Shown here piece by piece: positions 59,153-64,000 of a DNA stretch of 64,000 bases. Source of the DNA: an uncultured bacterium (GTDB lineage: Bacteria > Oederibacteriota > PGYV01 > CAWJRG01); the NCBI GenBank assembly GCA_963845185.1, contig CAWJRG010000005.1, positions 576,001 through 640,000 on the forward strand. Reading direction: 5' to 3'. The notes under the pieces were generated by a model that saw only the letters and a program-made list of their open reading frames with translations, had not been told where the DNA came from and did no database searches. The position numbers and the translations under genes were made by a program. Every line of letters begins with the position of its first letter. The first letter of the stretch is position 1.

Positions 59153-62100
59153 TTATTTTACCACAAAAACTTTCAGTATTTTTTTGCTACCAGCCGCTTC
59201 TATATATATAAAGTAAAGCCCTTCTCCTACAATTTTGCCGTCGTCGTTCTTTGCGTCCCATTCCACCTGGTTCCACCCGTCAAGCGAGGTTGTAAAATCC
59301 ATGTTTTTCCTGACAACTTCCCCTGTCAGGTTATACACTTTTATTTTCACGTTGACATTCGCAGCTGCCTTCACGTTTATCATCAGGGTTTCGCCTCTTC
59401 CGGGGTAAATGTAATTTTTGGACAGGGTCAGGTTCGAGTTCGGCTCAGGCGTATTCGTATAGGTCGGCGAAATTGTGTATGTGGCTGTTATGCTCGGCGT
59501 GGGTGATATTGTGGCTGTCTGCGTGATTGTCAGCGTGCCTGTCTCTGTATCTGTTTGCGTAACAGTAATTGTATTTGTCAATGTTTCCGAAAGCGAAGGC
59601 GTCGGCGTTATTGTATTTGTCACCGTAAAAGTCGGTGTATCTGATATTGAGCTTGTAGAAGTAGGTGTCGTCGTTGGTGTATCTGTCATGGTCTGCGTCG
59701 GGCTTGCAGTGAACGTCGGAGTATTTGTGAATGAAGACGTAGGCGTGCCGGATACCGAGCTTGTCGAAGTAGGCGTCACCGTGTTTGTGGATGTCAATGT
59801 AGGCGTGTTTGTCGCAGTGTTTGTATAAGTACCTGTCCACGTAGGTGTCCCTGTTGCCGTATATGTTGAGGTTTCTGTTAATGTCTGCGTATTTGTAGTT
59901 GTAAGCGTATATGTATCCGTACATGTTGCAGTATAAGTTTCCGTAATCGTAAATGTAAATGACGGCGTTGCTGTAAACGACGGCGATGCCGGAGGCGTCC
60001 ATGTGATAGTAAATGTTAAAGTCAGCGTTATTGTTTGTGTAGCTGTGCCTGTATTTGTAGGTGTTGCTGTCGGTGTTATTGTCCCTGTAAAAGTATACGT
60101 CGGAGTGTTGGTTCCTGTTTTCGTCGGCGTCATAGTCACTGTAATCGTCTGCGTTACAGTTAGAGTCATGGTTTGCGTATCCGTAAATGTTCCTGTCCAT
60201 GTCGGCGTGCCAGTAACCGTATCAGTGTATGTCCCTGTCACAGTAAAAGTCATAGTAGTCGTAAACGTAGATGACGGCGTTGCCGTAAACGAAGCCGATG
60301 CCGAAGGTGTCCATGTATTCGTGGGAGTAATAGTTAGCGAAATTATCAGCGTCGATGTTTGTGACGGCGTATTTGTATACGTCATTGTTCTTGTCCCTGT
60401 ATTGGTCATTGTCGGCGTCATTGTAAATGTAAATGTAGGCGTGCCTGTATAAGTGCCGGTAGCAGTCTGCGTGCTTGTATCCGTATATGTCGGTGTATAA
60501 GTAGGTGTTCCTGAAGGGCTTACAGTATCGGTCGGGGTATTTGATGTACTCTGTGTAATCGTAGCCGAAGGAGAAACCGACGGTGTAGGAGAGTTTGTCT
60601 GTGTAAAAGTAAGTGTAAATGTAGCCGTGTTTGTCGGCGTACTGGTCGGTGTCCATGTTGGTGTATTCGTTTTTGTGTCCGTCTGCGTGAATGTCTGAGT
60701 TAAAGTAAATGTTTGCGTGTAAGTGGGAGTGTCAGACATTATGTTCGTGTTTGTGCTGGTCGCACTGGGCGTATTCGAAGGTGTATAAGTATACGTCCCG
60801 GTTCCTGTGTTCGTTGGCGTGCTGGTCGGAGTCCATGTTTGGGTATTCGTAAGGGTTATCGTAGCAGTCTTTGTCCCTGTCATTGTCACGCTTGGCGTGG
60901 ATGTGTTTGTAAAAGTGCCTGTGGGAGTGATGGTGGAAGTGCCTGTAGAAGACGGGGTTGACGTGGGCGAGTAGCATGACATAGGGCAGTAGTTAACGCA
61001 CATGGAATAGATTGCATTGGAGCTGAGTTGTGTCGGCCATGTTGCCGAGAAAGAACCGAAAGTATTGCTGCCCATAATCTCTTGGCCGGTTGTTCCAGTA
61101 TTGTAAGCTACTGTCGCGTTGCCTGATGCCTGGAATGCTATCCAGTAATAATTATTCGCCGTCAGGACCGGGTTGCTTGTGAGCGGTATGGTTAGCCAGC
61201 CGGCTGCTGTCGTAGATACTGCGTTTGTTGAAGCCACCAGGTTTTGCGGCCCGCCGTTATCCGTATATATGGCACACTGCACCATACCGCCGTTGTATCC
61301 CACTAAATATATGGAAATGCTCGACGCCATTGCGTTTTGGGTAATTTGATATTTATTGGAAGTCATATATCCGACAGGGGCTTGGTTATTGGTGCCGACT
61401 GTTGGATAATATCCAAAATATCCGGGGTTGCAGCAATTCGGCGTTATTGTAACCGTAGGTGTCCATAGAGGGGTCTGGGTCATTGTTTGCGTGTGGGTGC
61501 CTGTCGGCGTCATGGTGTTTGTGGGCGTAATACTGACAACAGGCGATATGGTTGAAGTCGGGCTGATTGAAGGTGTCGGGGATATTGTGGCTGTTTTGGA
61601 CGCAGTCAGTGTCACTGTCAACGTGGGAGTGGGCTGGACTCCGTACGACATCCTGAATCCTATGTCCCTGTTCTGGTAACTTGTGCTCCAAGTATTTCCC
61701 GTGTCTGTAGAAGACTGGGTATATGACTGTATGCCGTCGTAAGTGAGCAGGTTGTACGGGTTTCCGCCCGCGGTGTACATATCGTTTACTATATAATAAT
61801 TCGTAGTGTCTGAATTGGGGGATTTCAGCCATACCCTGAACACGTCGCCGCTTATAAGCGTGGCCGGCACGGGCATATCCACGTCTATCCACTGCGCCGC
61901 TGTATTCTGGTTTGACGCCGCGGTATTTGCCAACAGCGTGCCAGACGCAAGCACCAACCCTGACTGCGTAAGGTCGTCAAGCTCATAATACAGGCTGTCT
62001 ATCGGCTGGGCAGCTGTGCTGGTCTTTACAAAAAATCCTATCCTGCTTACCTGGGCCGTGATTGTCATGTTCCTGAAATATTCGCCCCAGCAATTTGCTC

Positions 62101-64000
62101 CCTGCACCTGTTCTGCGTAATTCCCTATGTACGGGTTGCCGTAGCTTGTGCTGTCCGAAAAATTCAAGGCGCATTCGAGCACCCTGCCGGGAAAAGCCCA
62201 TTGGCCCGTTGTCCACAAATAAAGCGATTCCGCCGCGCCGTCAACGTGCTGGTCATACGGTATGTAGCGGTGGAGAGGGGACGAACCGTTTCCTATAAAA
62301 GCGTAGTTGCTGGAATTAATGGTATCGCCTCCCGCGCTATAGTATTCAACCACTACATGATAAATGGCATTTGTGGTCAAATTCGCGTTCAGCCCTGATA
62401 TTAAGTTCCATCCTGCCGTAAAAGTTGTGGTTACAGGCCCGCCTCCCGGTATATAGGTCCCGTTAGGCCTGCTTAGCCCGTCATCACCCTGAATGCCGAT
62501 ATTGTATCTCGGGCACGTGCCTATATTTATGTTGTCATAAAGCGCTATGGATGAAACTGTCTTTCCGGTTATTGTGAGCGAAAAACTGTACCCGGCTTTA
62601 TATGACGGCGCTTGCAGGAAAAACGCGTAAGTGCTGTCGCTGACTGACTGGTTTCCGAACCAGCCTGTAAGAGTGGGAGCAACAGTTTGCGTTATGGTCG
62701 GAGTCGGCGTGACAGTTAAAGTAAATGTCTGTGTTACTATCACTGTAACCGTCGGCGTAGGCGGATAGTACATAAACTGGAACCCGAGGTCGTAGTTCAG
62801 GTTGTTTGTCCACGTCACGCCCGAGTCCCCGGATATGCACCTGTAATTCAGCACCCCTCCGTATGTCAGGGTGTTTTCCGGGTTTTGGTTCACCGCGAGG
62901 CTGCCCCCGCAAACGTAATAATAAGCCGAGGCCGTGGAAGACGTGGAATAAAAGCTCAGCCTGTACTGGTGCGCGGCGTAAAGGTTATAAGTTGCGCCCA
63001 TGCTCTGTGAAATACCACTGGACCGTTGCCTGTACCGAAGCGGCAGCAGCGATTACTCCGGATGTAACTGTCACATTGCCTGTCACGTCATAAAGCAGGT
63101 AATGCATATCGTCTGTGGGCGTGCCGTTATACGAGTAAAAATACGCGCCCAGGACGCTTACCTGGCAGTCTGCAGGCGGCGTCAGGAACTCAGCTGCCTG
63201 GTTTGCACCGTACACACTGCTGACTATGCCGTTGTATATCGGGTTTCCGTAATAAGAGCCATCGGCATACCCGAGCACAAATGGCGGCATCATGTTTTTT
63301 AAGGCCCAGCTTGTTCCATTATATTCCAGGGTATTTAAATACTGGTCAGATGACTGGTCAAGCGGTATCAGCCCGGTATAAGGCACTGTTCCGTCCCAAA
63401 GTGACATATAATTACTTCCGCTTATTGCTCCCGAATCATATGAAATTACTATATGGTATATCTGCCCGTCGGTCAGCTGGACCTGAGGCACGGTTATGCT
63501 GTTCCATCCGGTTGTGTTAAAACTGTTGCTTGTTAAGTATATGCCTGACGGATAATGGTTTACAGTGTTGTCGTCCACCTGTATGCCCACCCAGTATGTC
63601 GGTATAGTGCCCGAACCAACACTTCCTATAAATCTTATATTGTTTACCATTTTTGTGCCGTGCTGCGTGAAACGGAAATCGCTCTGCAATCCGGAAGCGC
63701 TCATTGCATATCCGTTTGCACTGCTGGCCACGGATTTATTGCCGAAGACATATGCCGTGCCAGGCGTCGCAGTCGATGTCTGAGTTATGCTTGGAGTCGG
63801 TGTGATTGTGGATATATTCACCGTCCCTGTCGGTGTCGCGGTCGATGTCTGGGTTATGCTTGGAGTCGGCGTAATTGTAAAGGCACCCTGGGGTGTCGGC
63901 GTCATGGTGGGTGTGAAAAGCCCTGTGCTGTTTGACAGGCGGAAATTCAGGGTCCTGGCTTAGGTTGTCGGTCCAGGTTACGCCGCTGTTGCTTGACGAC
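59153..64000 (-). CDS. Giant surface protein (>1600 aa, start outside window) with ~500-aa Thr-rich stalk and FlgD-Ig/T9SS-like C-terminus; frameshifts near 63004 and 63951
   Basis: Repeated domain ending SxxSGVTWT..DLxF is seen on all sides of the breaks; C-terminus IKVYNLTGEVVR..WDAKNDDGKIVGEGLYFIYI..KVFVVK. Confidence 0.8.

Noticed and set aside
54866..61679. Val/Gly/Ala-rich plus-strand ORFs
   Set aside because: Antisense products of Thr/Pro/Ala-rich codons on the minus strand.
49353..64000. Alternative genetic code as the cause of split genes
   Set aside because: The breaks change reading frame rather than being in-frame stops, and TAA, TAG and TGA all end normal genes here.

Overview
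Bacterial chromosomal window in which almost all genes lie on the minus strand. A housekeeping backbone (eno fragment, mgtA, malQ, ogg, tatAC, ABC-F, polX, proB, obgE, rpmA, rplU, tRNA-Lys) is interleaved with accessory DNA. (1) An AT-rich candidate defence island at about 4.0-12.4 kb carries a 557-aa unknown protein translationally coupled to a two-HxK phospholipase-D-family nuclease, followed by an AEP-primase/SF2-helicase fusion. The nuclease gene is split by an IS3-family element whose precise removal restores one ~855-aa frame. (2) A Cus-type heavy-metal RND cluster plus an NHL lipoprotein sit between the ABC-F 3' end and a decayed direct copy of that end, followed by a type II R-M pair. 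(3) A ~16-kb cell-surface cluster holds a PorV-TPR fusion and Thr-rich proteins with T9SS/FlgD-like C-termini; this suggests an FCB-related lineage such as Ca. Goldiibacteriota (inference). Intergenic DNA carries several palindromic repeat/MITE families, 7/8-nt periodic spacers and a two-copy candidate cis-regulatory motif. At least seven apparent single-indel frameshifts could be assembly errors. All family assignments come from motif recognition by eye; no searches were run.
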